A stretch of DNA of 60,903 nucleotides from a virus: the IMG/VR virus record IMGVR_UViG_3300009703_000001. One strand, given 5' to 3'. Within the stretch, counting starts at the first letter, position 1; every line of letters starts with the position of its first letter. The position numbers and the translations under genes were made by a program. The notes under the pieces were generated by a model, which saw nothing but the letters and a program-made list of their open reading frames with translations, did not search any database and had not been told where the DNA came from. Below, one piece after another: positions 37,014-44,774 of this stretch.

Positions 37014-37440
37014 AGTGGCTGCCGATATTATTGCTGAAAATCATAATTGTAATGAACAAAAATTGTGGAGACATGTTATTTTAAATGCGTTTGAAGATGC
37101 ACGAATTATGACTACTGATAGAAAGTCTAGTATTTATAAATGTGATGCTCATTTTTGGATTGCTGCTTCAAAAGATTTTAATCAAATTTGTTGGTGGGCT
37201 GGTTGGGATCCTGATGAAGTTAGGACTCGATATAGAAAGGCTTTACTTAAGGAATTTATTCGATTTAAAAGAAAACATTTGTTGTGGAATGAATATTATA
37301 GTTTATATTTAAGACTTAAAGAGGAAAAAGATCCTGCAATTAGAAAAGAATTAAGGAGAAATGTGGAAAATAAAAGAAAACAAATTATGTATGCTGATAA
37401 TGTTTTTGTTAAAAATTTTCTTAAAGATTTAAATATTTAA
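37003..37440 (+). CDS. hypothetical protein
   Basis: Likely start MGTKVAADII at 37003 (the track ORF opens at 36910). Confidence 0.5.
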   Translation: MGTKVAADIIAENHNCNEQKLWRHVILNAFEDARIMTTDRKSSIYKCDAHFWIAASKDFNQICWWAGWDPDEVRTRYRKALLKEFIRFKRKHLLWNEYYSLYLRLKEEKDPAIRKELRRNVENKRKQIMYADNVFVKNFLKDLNI

Positions 37441-37442
37441 AT

Positions 37443-37949
37443 ATGTTCGATAAAATAACCCAAGCAATAAGTCAGGGTAAAGTTTTACATATACCTAATG
37501 CATTAATGTTAGAAAATAATATTAATTTTAACACCATAAGTAAATTATTAAATAGTAATAATTACAAAAACCGAATTCAAATAAATAAAAATGTAGGTAT
37601 TAACGAAAATGATATTTTTTGTAATCCTTTTCAAATAAGAAAAGTTGAAGATGCTCCAGAGATAAGACCTCTGCATAAGATAATATGTAATGGGCTTAAA
37701 CACTTTAATATTGATCAAGCAGATATTTTTTTCTCATTCAAAAGATCTATTGGTGCAGCTCATGTAGATGAAGAAAATTCTTTAATTTTAGGGGTTTATA
37801 ACAACGCTATGTATAGATTTGATACTCAAGATATAACTATACATTTAAGACCAGGAGATTTATTATTATCTCCTTCAGGTTTGCCACACTTTGCATTATC
37901 TTACCAGGAAAGGATTATTTTATCATGGGGCGTGAGAGAGAAGAAATAG
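37443..37949 (+). CDS. putative cupin/JmjC-like oxygenase
   Basis: GAAHVDEE (HxD/E) and SGLPHFALS (distal His). Confidence 0.45.
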   Translation: MFDKITQAISQGKVLHIPNALMLENNINFNTISKLLNSNNYKNRIQINKNVGINENDIFCNPFQIRKVEDAPEIRPLHKIICNGLKHFNIDQADIFFSFKRSIGAAHVDEENSLILGVYNNAMYRFDTQDITIHLRPGDLLLSPSGLPHFALSYQERIILSWGVREKK

Positions 37950-38542
37950 AATATACTACTTACCCTTGGGGACCATTACTCTTTAAAAGTAGAGTAAAAC
38001 TTGAAGATATTAAAGAATTTAAAAAAATTTGTAATGCTGCCACAGAAAATTTTTCGAGCAATTTAGCTGGTATTATTAAAGACGAAAGGGTAATTGATAA
38101 ATTTGAATACTTAAATATTATAAAACCTTATTTTAAGGCATACCAAAAGGCTTATCAAAATTGGTATGGTGTAAACCTGGAAGGAATTAAAGTGAACCAC
38201 GCATGGGTTAACTTTATGAAAAAAGGAGAATCTAATCCTCCTCATGTCCATAATGGTTGTGACTTATCTTCAGTATTATTTATAGATATTCCTGATGAAA
38301 TTAAAAAAGAACAAAGGGAATGGAAAGGTACCGGTAGTGGGCCTGGTTCTTTAATGTTTATTACAGGAAATCCGCAGCCTTTTCATACTCATTCATTTGA
38401 GTTTAAACCCGAGATAGGAGACTTTTTTATTTTTCCTTGGAATCTAACTCATTCGGTTGCTAATTTTAGATCGGATGTGACTAGAATAAGTGTAGCTGCT
38501 AATTTTTCACTTTTAGAATCGCAACCCGGTGAAAAAAAATAA
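37925..38542 (+). CDS. 2OG-Fe(II) oxygenase, TIGR02466-like
   Basis: NPPHVHNGCD, FIFPWNLTHSVAN, RISVAANF. Confidence 0.65.
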   Translation: MGREREEIEYTTYPWGPLLFKSRVKLEDIKEFKKICNAATENFSSNLAGIIKDERVIDKFEYLNIIKPYFKAYQKAYQNWYGVNLEGIKVNHAWVNFMKKGESNPPHVHNGCDLSSVLFIDIPDEIKKEQREWKGTGSGPGSLMFITGNPQPFHTHSFEFKPEIGDFFIFPWNLTHSVANFRSDVTRISVAANFSLLESQPGEKK

Positions 38543-38725
38543 ACAAAGGGAGCTCCGAGATGCGATTCCATTGTTAGTTAGTAAGTGCTTTAATATATAA
38601 TAAATTATTTTGAAAATCAATTTAAAATACGAGGGTCGTGGGTAATAAACCAATAATAAAGCATCACGGCTCACGGCCATTGAATTGCCACATTCTTCCC
38701 AATTTCCTACAATACTCTTTCTTAG

Positions 38726-38910
38726 AAAAAAAAAATAAAAAAAAATATTTGTAAGGACATTTTTCTAGGAAACTAGGAAAATACTATATAAATCAATACT
38801 TCTAGAGCAAAATAGACTAGGAAAACACTAGGAAAATTCCTAGAAATTCTAGGAAAAAACAGAGAGGGCATTTTCTGCAAATAAAAAAATAAAAAAAATA
38901 TTTGTAAGGA
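38726..38910. promoter_or_regulatory. CTAGGAAA octamer array bracketed by two A-rich/TATTTGTAAGGA direct repeats, upstream of terS
   Basis: Exact CTAGGAAA at 38765, 38773, 38817, 38828, 38849; variants at 38802, 38840, 38917; flanks 38726-38757 and 38883-38910. Confidence 0.6.
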
Positions 38911-38948
38911 AGTGTATTAGGAAAAATTTATGCTATTATCTGGTCAAG

Positions 38949-39455
38949 ATGACAAAAAGAAAGAATTCCTTAAAATCTATAAATGAATTAACTTTGAAAC
39001 AAAAAGCTTTTGTAGATATATATGTTTCTAATTGGGGTAACATATCTAAAACCGAAGCTGCACAAAGAGCTGGTTATTCTTCTAAGAAAAAAGAAGGACC
39101 AACAGAAATTGCTAGTAGACTTACTGATCCTAACAAAAATCCTCATGTAGTGAGATATCTAGAAAAAAAATATAATCAAGAATTAAAAAAACATGAAGGG
39201 GATAAGCTTAAGAAATATAAAAGATTTGACATATTAAGTAAAAAAGCAGAAGAGAAAAAACAATTTGCAGTAGCTGTTAATGCTGAATATAGAAGTGGGC
39301 AAATGGCAGGAATGTTTGTAGATAAAAAAGAAGTTACACATGTTGGATTGGAGGGAATGAGTCGTGAGCAGCTTGAGAAAAGGTTATCCGAACTTGAAGG
39401 TAAAATCGGAGAAGCCAAAAATATCATTGACGTTACGCCAAAAGAATCTAGTTAA
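38949..39455 (+). CDS. terS: terminase small subunit (Terminase_2-like)
   Basis: LTLKQKAFVDIYVSNWGNISKTEAAQRAGYSSKK matches the TerS HTH N-terminus; coiled-coil C-terminus. Confidence 0.7.
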   Translation: MTKRKNSLKSINELTLKQKAFVDIYVSNWGNISKTEAAQRAGYSSKKKEGPTEIASRLTDPNKNPHVVRYLEKKYNQELKKHEGDKLKKYKRFDILSKKAEEKKQFAVAVNAEYRSGQMAGMFVDKKEVTHVGLEGMSREQLEKRLSELEGKIGEAKNIIDVTPKESS

Positions 39456-39565
39456 AACAGATAAATGGATGACTGTGTTTAATGAGATTCATAATAAAAA
39501 TCTCCATACCTCTGTTGGGATTGTAAGTATTTTAACTAAGGATAAAGAATAAATGAGAAAGCTTG

Positions 39566-39653
39566 AAATCTTGAGATTGCATAACGGTATTTTTCAAATC
39601 TTGAGATTGCATAACGGTATTTTTCAAATCTTGAGATTGCATAACGGTATTTT
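39566..39653. repeat. three tandem 30-bp repeats AAATCTTGAGATTGCATAACGGTATTTTTC
   Basis: Units start at 39566, 39596, 39626 and are identical; the last runs into the ATG at 39654. Confidence 0.9.
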
Positions 39654-39965
39654 ATGAAAAATAAAAAAAGAAAAAATAAAAAAATTTTAATTCCAAAAAA
39701 AATTTATTCTGAAATAGAAAAATATCCAATGGTTTCTGTAGAATGGTTTGATATAATCTCAAATTCTAATTGGAGTTCTTTTGAAGAAGTAAAAAATTCT
39801 GAACTAGCGACTTGTATTACTAAAGGTCATTTATTATCTCAATCTAAAGGTATTACTAGAATTTTTGGGGATTACTCATTTTCAGATGATAAAAAAAGAA
39901 TTGAAACCATAGGCAATACTACTTTAATTCCTAATTCGGTAATAAAAAGCATTAAAAAAATTTAG
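39654..39965 (+). CDS. hypothetical protein
   Basis: 103-aa ORF directly after the tandem repeats. Confidence 0.5.
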   Translation: MKNKKRKNKKILIPKKIYSEIEKYPMVSVEWFDIISNSNWSSFEEVKNSELATCITKGHLLSQSKGITRIFGDYSFSDDKKRIETIGNTTLIPNSVIKSIKKI

Positions 39966-40001
39966 ATTGAAATAAATTTATTTGTGTATATGTTGGGGGC
40001 T

Positions 40002-40094
40002 ATGGATAATTTAATCGCAACACTTATTAGAATATTAATTTTTTATCCTATTCCTACTATTATTATTATAACTTTATTAATTATAATCCTTTAA
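40002..40094 (+). CDS. 30-aa hydrophobic peptide
   Basis: Hand-translated MDNLIATLIRILIFYPIPTIIIITLLIIIL; paralogue at 44534..44629. Confidence 0.4.
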   Translation: MDNLIATLIRILIFYPIPTIIIITLLIIIL

Positions 40095-40135
40095 AAACCC
40101 CCATTTTACTACTGTTTTTATTATAAAATTATTAT

Positions 40136-40170
40136 TTGACAAAATAACCTTTATCTTATATTAATGGGAT
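40136..40170 (+). promoter_or_regulatory. sigma70-like promoter
   Basis: TTGACA-N17/18-TATTAAT followed by GGGA. Confidence 0.5.
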
Positions 40171-40173
40171 ATT

Positions 40174-40332
40174 ATGGTTATGTTAAAATTTACTGTTGAT
40201 AAAGATAATAAACTTTTAAAAGTAGAAAGATCAAAAGAAAAAGGTTTATTTGAAACAAAAGCAGATAAAAAATATGCAACCAAAATAAAAAATAAACTAA
40301 TAAAAAAACAAAGGAGTAAAAATGGGATTTGA
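40174..40332 (+). CDS. small basic protein (52 aa)
   Basis: Hand-translated MVMLKFTVDKDNKLLKVERSKEKG...; preferred over the minus-strand ORF 40161..40352. Confidence 0.35.
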   Translation: MVMLKFTVDKDNKLLKVERSKEKGLFETKADKKYATKIKNKLIKKQRSKNGI

Positions 40333-40918
40333 TTTAACAGGACTAAATCCAAAAATTTCAGGCAAAGAACCTGAAAGACCTGATGACTTATTTAATTTAA
40401 GTCAAGCAGAACAAAACAAATATTTTAAAGCACGAGAAAAATATTTGGACAAAAATAAAGGCGTTTATTTTAGAAATAATGTGTGGTGGTGGAGACCTCT
40501 AGCGCAATATGTTTTAGAATTTACTCAAGTTATTGATGAAGACAAAAAGCAGAGTTGGCATTATAACGACTTTACAGAAATAGATGAAACTCACGCTAAA
40601 CAAATTCATAAACAATTACAGGCATTAATTAACAAAGGGCATACCAAACACTTTAGTATCCATTGGGAAACAAGAAGAAAAACTTTAGAAGAAAATAATA
40701 AAAAAGTTGAAAAGGAACTTGACGCTTTTTGTAAAAGTGTTGAAAAAAAACTAAATAAAAAAAATCTTGCCCCAAATGATTTTCCTGCAGAGGACAAAAA
40801 AAAGTGGGATAAAATTTATAAAAAAAGAAATAGTGATGCGAGTTATCCTTTTTCAATTGAAAATGTAGAGGAGTTTTCTCAATTTTGTAAATTAAGTGGG
40901 GGATTTACTATTGGATAA
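40322..40918 (+). CDS. hypothetical protein
   Basis: SD AAGGAG; 198 aa, Lys-rich. Confidence 0.6.
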   Translation: MGFDLTGLNPKISGKEPERPDDLFNLSQAEQNKYFKAREKYLDKNKGVYFRNNVWWWRPLAQYVLEFTQVIDEDKKQSWHYNDFTEIDETHAKQIHKQLQALINKGHTKHFSIHWETRRKTLEENNKKVEKELDAFCKSVEKKLNKKNLAPNDFPAEDKKKWDKIYKKRNSDASYPFSIENVEEFSQFCKLSGGFTIG

Positions 40919-41134
40919 AAGAATTTTTTGATTGTTTTTTATTATATTGGCAAAGTTGGGATTTCCCACGCATATAAATAAAAATAATCTGTGGTTAAGT
41001 AAGGACACTATGAAAGCGATTAATTTCGGATACAGGATAGTTCTTTTAAATTAAGTTCCTGTCCAAGTGAATTAACACAGGTGGTATAAAACACAGCTTG
41101 ACCATAACAAACTAACAAAAACAAAGGAGCAGAA

Positions 41135-41755
41135 ATGTCAAATAAACAAATAAGTAAAGACAACCGAGAATATTGGCAAAAAAAATTAAATAGAAAATTT
41201 GCTGATAAAAGGAGTGCAATTGAGTCTATACATATAGAAGAAATAAATTCACTCGCAAGAAAAAACTTTCCTAGTTTTAAAAAAAGATTAGGAATAGAAC
41301 AAAACCTTAAAATAATAAAAAAATTGGAAGAAGATTATAACAATTATTTTATTAACTTTGATAAACGCCTACAAGAAAAAAAATCTAAATTAGAACAAAT
41401 ATTTAAAAAACTTTCAAATGTTTGTCAAGATTTTGAAGACACGAGAAAATGGGATAAGTCTTTTCCTGATTTTGAACGAGAAGATAATAAAGCGTTTAAT
41501 CTTCTGTCAAAGATAGAGGGTTATTTAGAAAGTAATTGTAAAGAAGAAACAAGAAAAGCATTTTACAATTCTAAAAAAGGACAAGAAATAAAAAATATAA
41601 ATGACCTAGAAGAACAAGCAGATGATCTTTTACATAGTGATATGATTGGTACAGAGGTTTTAAAAGCCATTCAAGGTATTGCTAAAAAAAGTCAAATTCA
41701 TTTATATATTCCAACCAATTCACAATTGGCAATTGAAAATGATATCACTAAATAA
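41135..41755 (+). CDS. hypothetical protein
   Basis: SD AAGGAG; 206 aa. Confidence 0.6.
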   Translation: MSNKQISKDNREYWQKKLNRKFADKRSAIESIHIEEINSLARKNFPSFKKRLGIEQNLKIIKKLEEDYNNYFINFDKRLQEKKSKLEQIFKKLSNVCQDFEDTRKWDKSFPDFEREDNKAFNLLSKIEGYLESNCKEETRKAFYNSKKGQEIKNINDLEEQADDLLHSDMIGTEVLKAIQGIAKKSQIHLYIPTNSQLAIENDITK

Positions 41756-41948
41756 ATTAGTTGATATATACAATTCGTGGGGGGACAAACAAAAATTGTC
41801 CCCTCTCGGAAGTGCTGATGAAGAATTATATTGGAATTCAAAATTACATAAATCTCAATGTGATTGGCTAGAAAGATTTATAAAAGTGTGGGATTTAACT
41901 CAAGAAAATGAAAGGAAAAATAATGGCAAAATACTCAAAAAATATTGA
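41739..41948 (+). CDS. hypothetical protein
   Basis: Likely start MISLNKLVDIY (the track ORF opens at 41679). Confidence 0.45.
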   Translation: MISLNKLVDIYNSWGDKQKLSPLGSADEELYWNSKLHKSQCDWLERFIKVWDLTQENERKNNGKILKKY

Positions 41949-42384
41949 AGATATAAAAAGTGCAGTAAAAGAAAATCAATTAGTATGCGATAAAAATAAT
42001 GCTTATTACATTACTTACGATAGTGAACAAGATAAATTTTTTATTATTTGTAGAGATAATAACTACACGATTGGATTGTCTCATATTGATAAAAAAACTA
42101 ATAAAGAAATAATAAACATGGGTAAATCTAAAGGTTATTGGCTTATTCATACTTTGTCGGAAAGTTGGGGATTGAGAATTGCTAAACATTTAGAGGGAAG
42201 AAGAATTGTTAGAATTGATTATTGTTCAGAAAAAGAAATGGAACATCAAGGGTGGCATTGTCAACCAATTCAAATATTATTAGACAATGGTACTTGGTTA
42301 ACACCAACAAGTGATGATGAAGGAAATGATGGTGGCGCTATTCATACAAATATAAATGAACTTCCAATTATCCCTGTAATATAG
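41923..42384 (+). CDS. hypothetical protein
   Basis: Likely start MAKYSKNIEDI after AAGGA (the track ORF opens at 41908). Confidence 0.55.
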   Translation: MAKYSKNIEDIKSAVKENQLVCDKNNAYYITYDSEQDKFFIICRDNNYTIGLSHIDKKTNKEIINMGKSKGYWLIHTLSESWGLRIAKHLEGRRIVRIDYCSEKEMEHQGWHCQPIQILLDNGTWLTPTSDDEGNDGGAIHTNINELPIIPVI

Positions 42385-42404
42385 TAGTATATATTTGACT
42401 AGTT

Positions 42405-42444
42405 AAACCCCTAACAATGCGAGAGTGGCGTTAGGGGTTTTTGT
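42405..42444 (+). terminator. rho-independent terminator
   Basis: AAACCCCTAAC-14 nt loop-GTTAGGGGTTT followed by TTGT. Confidence 0.7.
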
Positions 42445-42466
42445 ATGTTATTGACTTAATAACATA

Positions 42467-42832
42467 ATGAAAAAATCAGAAAGTAATTTGTGGAAAAGAA
42501 TAAAATCACTTAAGTTAAAAGGTCAAATTTTTCGTATAGAAAGTAATACAATTAATGGAATTCCTGACATTTATTGGTTGATAAATGGGAAAAGTATTTG
42601 GATTGAGTTAAAGTCAAATGACATCAAGAATTGTGGACTTTCTAAATATCAAATCAATTGGCATTTAAAACATTTTCAAAATGGCGGAACTTCTTTTATC
42701 TTGCGAGAAGACCTCTCGCAGAGGTCTTCTCAAAATCTACAAATATTCGTGGTTCGTGAACCGAGAAATTTGGTTCTAGTTTGTGCGAACCTAAACTTAT
42801 CTAACGCTTTTCAAAAAATCCTGACGCTATAA
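42467..42832 (+). CDS. VRR-NUC / PD-(D/E)XK nuclease
   Basis: GIPDIYWLINGKSIWIELKSN (D...E-x-K) and LSKYQINW. Confidence 0.6.
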   Translation: MKKSESNLWKRIKSLKLKGQIFRIESNTINGIPDIYWLINGKSIWIELKSNDIKNCGLSKYQINWHLKHFQNGGTSFILREDLSQRSSQNLQIFVVREPRNLVLVCANLNLSNAFQKILTL

Positions 42833-42852
42833 CCCCGTCTCACGCTTGACTA

Positions 42853-42879
42853 ACAAACGCCAACAAAGTTGGCGTTTGT
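42853..42879 (+). terminator. perfect 12-bp hairpin
   Basis: ACAAACGCCAAC-aaa-GTTGGCGTTTGT; no U-tract. Confidence 0.45.
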
Positions 42880-43041
42880 AAATCTTGAGATCTTACAACG
42901 AGCTTGGGTCGTGGGGCTTGATACCTTTATAAATCTTGAGATCCTATAACGAGATTTTTTCGCTTTTCTTTTACCTTTACATAGGCGCGTAAATCTTGAG
43001 ATCCTATAACGAAATTTTTTCGCTTTCCTTTTACCTTTACA
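42879..43041. repeat. three copies of TAAATCTTGAGATC[CT]TA[TC]AACGA; the last two extend to 52-nt units 60 bp apart
   Basis: Copies at 42879, 42930, 42990; they share the core AAATCTTGAGAT with the 39566 array. Confidence 0.85.
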
Positions 43042-43146
43042 AAAAAAATAAATTTTTTTTTAAAATAAAATAGAGCAGCTCAAGGCAGCTTAACCAAGGC
43101 CAGCTTACCAGGACTATTTTAACCTGGAGAGCCGGTAAAATAGAAG

Positions 43147-43183
43147 TTGACAGGTGCTGCCATCTCATGCTAATGGGACTAAT
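43147..43183 (+). promoter_or_regulatory. sigma70-like promoter
   Basis: TTGACA-N16-GCTAAT followed by GGGACTAAT (same downstream 9-mer as at 44766). Confidence 0.5.
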
Positions 43184-43201
43184 AAACAAACGGAGGAAAA
43201 A

Positions 43202-43444
43202 ATGAAAAAACCAAAACAGCTAGCAGAGGGCATGGGTTATTTTAGTGACTACAATGAATGGGGAAAGGGTAGAGATTTGGGTGCCATTAATTTTAATGGA
43301 GATACTTTAAAATCTACTCGAGAAATTTTAGATGGCAAAGATTGTATTGTCTCTAGAATTACTGATTCACATGGTAAGACTAGAATATCACAGATTGAAT
43401 ATCCATTAATTTATAAGAAAGGAGAAAAAAATGATAAACTTTAA
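43202..43444 (+). CDS. hypothetical protein
   Basis: ATG after the GGAGG SD; the track GTG start at 43154 would lie inside the promoter. Confidence 0.55.
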   Translation: MKKPKQLAEGMGYFSDYNEWGKGRDLGAINFNGDTLKSTREILDGKDCIVSRITDSHGKTRISQIEYPLIYKKGEKNDKL

Positions 43445-43673
43445 AGATCTAAAAAAAGGGCAGGAGATAAAAAGCAGTCAATTGCATCCTTTTGTATTAT
43501 GCAGCGGAAAGCTTCTAGAATCTCCAAAGCAAGGCAAAGGCATCAAAAAAACTATTCTAATAGATGCCAAGGGCTCGGAGCTCGGATTCTTTGATGAAGC
43601 TGGCAGCGTCTACAGCCATCAAATCAAATTAGCCAAAGTAAACAACATATGGCAGGGGGTAAAACATGGATAA
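43431..43673 (+). CDS. hypothetical protein
   Basis: 80-aa ORF, GC-richer codons. Confidence 0.5.
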   Translation: MINFKDLKKGQEIKSSQLHPFVLCSGKLLESPKQGKGIKKTILIDAKGSELGFFDEAGSVYSHQIKLAKVNNIWQGVKHG

Positions 43674-43845
43674 GAATCTAACTTCGGATTTATTTGGCTG
43701 CCCACCGCCTTGCAGTGATTGCGATGGAAGTGGAGTCATTGTTACTGAGTTAACTTTCACTGATGATAAGATCGGAAAAAAAATAAGCTGCGGAGAGCGT
43801 GAAGATGAATGTGAAAGCTGCAGCGGAAGCGGGGTGCAGCAATGA
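43666..43845 (+). CDS. DnaJ-type zinc-finger mini-protein (59 aa)
   Basis: Hand-translated; CSDCDGSG and CESCSGSG; preferred over the minus ORF 43629..43919. Confidence 0.5.
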   Translation: MDKNLTSDLFGCPPPCSDCDGSGVIVTELTFTDDKIGKKISCGEREDECESCSGSGVQQ

Positions 43846-44537
43846 CTCTGCTTAATTATTACAGCCAAACCAAAATGGCTAAGGGGGAGCAATTCGGAGT
43901 CAAGACAGCTATTTTGCATTTAGCTCCATTCGATCTAAGTGGCACAAATGTTTGTCCAAAGGCTAGCAAGGAATGCGCAGCGCTTTGTTTAAACACTTCA
44001 GGGCGTGGACAAATGAACTCGGTGCAGCAAGCTCGAGTTAAAAAAACTCAGTATTTCTGGACGAATAAGAATGCATTCTTGTGGCAGCTAAGTACTGAAA
44101 TTGAGCAGCTCAAGAATCGAGCCAAAAATCAAGGCTTTAAATTTGCCGTTAGATTGAATGGGACTTCCGATCTAGCGTGGCATCGCATGAAAGTTGATGG
44201 AGGAAGTACCCTTCATGAGCTGCACCCTGATGTACAATTCTATGAATATACTAAGGTATTAAATTATTTAGATCATGATCAGGATAATTTGCATTTTACA
44301 TTCAGCGACTCAGGGCGGAACGATTCGGATATTAAAAAAGCTATTAAAAAAAATGTAAATGTTGCCATCGTTTTTCAGGATAAGTTGCCCAGGAAGTGGC
44401 TGCAGCGGAGAGTCATTGACGGTGATAAACATGACCTACGCTATCGAGATCCGCGGGGCGTGATAGTTGGACTCATTGCCAAAGGGAAAGCGTCACGGGT
44501 TACCGGTAACAATAGCTTTTTGAAAGTGGCTACATGA
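43842..44537 (+). CDS. conserved phage protein with N-terminal Cys cluster (gene-88-protein-like?)
   Basis: LAPFDLSGTNVCPKASKECAALCLNTSGRG...VRLNGTSDLAW; family name from memory only. Confidence 0.5.
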   Translation: MTLLNYYSQTKMAKGEQFGVKTAILHLAPFDLSGTNVCPKASKECAALCLNTSGRGQMNSVQQARVKKTQYFWTNKNAFLWQLSTEIEQLKNRAKNQGFKFAVRLNGTSDLAWHRMKVDGGSTLHELHPDVQFYEYTKVLNYLDHDQDNLHFTFSDSGRNDSDIKKAIKKNVNVAIVFQDKLPRKWLQRRVIDGDKHDLRYRDPRGVIVGLIAKGKASRVTGNNSFLKVAT

Positions 44538-44629
44538 TTGACAATCTCATTGCTGCGCTCATGCGCTGCGCCATCTTTTACCCTATTCTAACCCTTTTTA
44601 TTTTTTTTATAATTGTCATGGCTTTTTAG
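44534..44629 (+). CDS. 31-aa hydrophobic peptide
   Basis: Hand-translated MIDNLIAALMRCAIFYPILTLFIFFIIVMAF; paralogue of 40002..40094. Confidence 0.4.
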   Translation: MIDNLIAALMRCAIFYPILTLFIFFIIVMAF

Positions 44630-44667
44630 AATGATTCTAGATTGCTCCTTGTGTCATTCTTTAAGAT

Positions 44668-44696
44668 ACGCCCAGGCTACAACCTGGGCGTGTATT
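44668..44696 (+). terminator. rho-independent terminator
   Basis: ACGCCCAGG-ctacaa-CCTGGGCGT followed by GTATTT. Confidence 0.6.
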
Positions 44697-44737
44697 TGAC
44701 CTGGTTAAGCTGCCCTTTTAATTAATTAATTATTTAT

Positions 44738-44774
44738 TTGACATCTTATCATATATGATTAAGATGGGACTAAT
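44738..44774 (+). promoter_or_regulatory. sigma70-like promoter
   Basis: TTGACA-N16-TAAGAT followed by GGGACTAAT. Confidence 0.55.

Noticed and set aside
38625-38660. tRNA or attP fragment suggested by GGTCGTGGG (T-arm-like)
   Set aside because: No TTCGAATCC loop, acceptor stem or anticodon arm can be drawn. No integrase gene is present in the genome.
39364-39552. 62-aa + strand ORF overlapping the terS 3' end
   Set aside because: It is mostly embedded in terS, in another frame, with no RBS or motif.
39566-39653. Possible CRISPR array
   Set aside because: The repeats abut head-to-tail with no spacers. There are only three units and no cas genes.
40161-40352. Minus-strand 63-aa hydrophobic ORF
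   Set aside because: It lies opposite a + strand ORF that follows a near-consensus promoter. The Phe/Leu-rich translation is typical of the antisense of Lys-rich coding DNA.
39566-43041. AAATCTTGAGAT repeats as sigma70 promoters (TTGAGA as the -35)
   Set aside because: No acceptable -10 hexamer lies 16-18 nt downstream in any copy. They are kept as protein-binding repeat candidates instead.
43154-43201. GTG start at 43154 for the 43154..43444 ORF
   Set aside because: It would place the coding start inside the TTGACA/-10 promoter. The ATG at 43202 has a GGAGG Shine-Dalgarno sequence.
43629-43919. Minus-strand 96-aa ORF
   Set aside because: It overlaps three coupled + strand ORFs, including one with clear CxxCxGxG motifs. 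It is probably an artefact of the GC-richer island.
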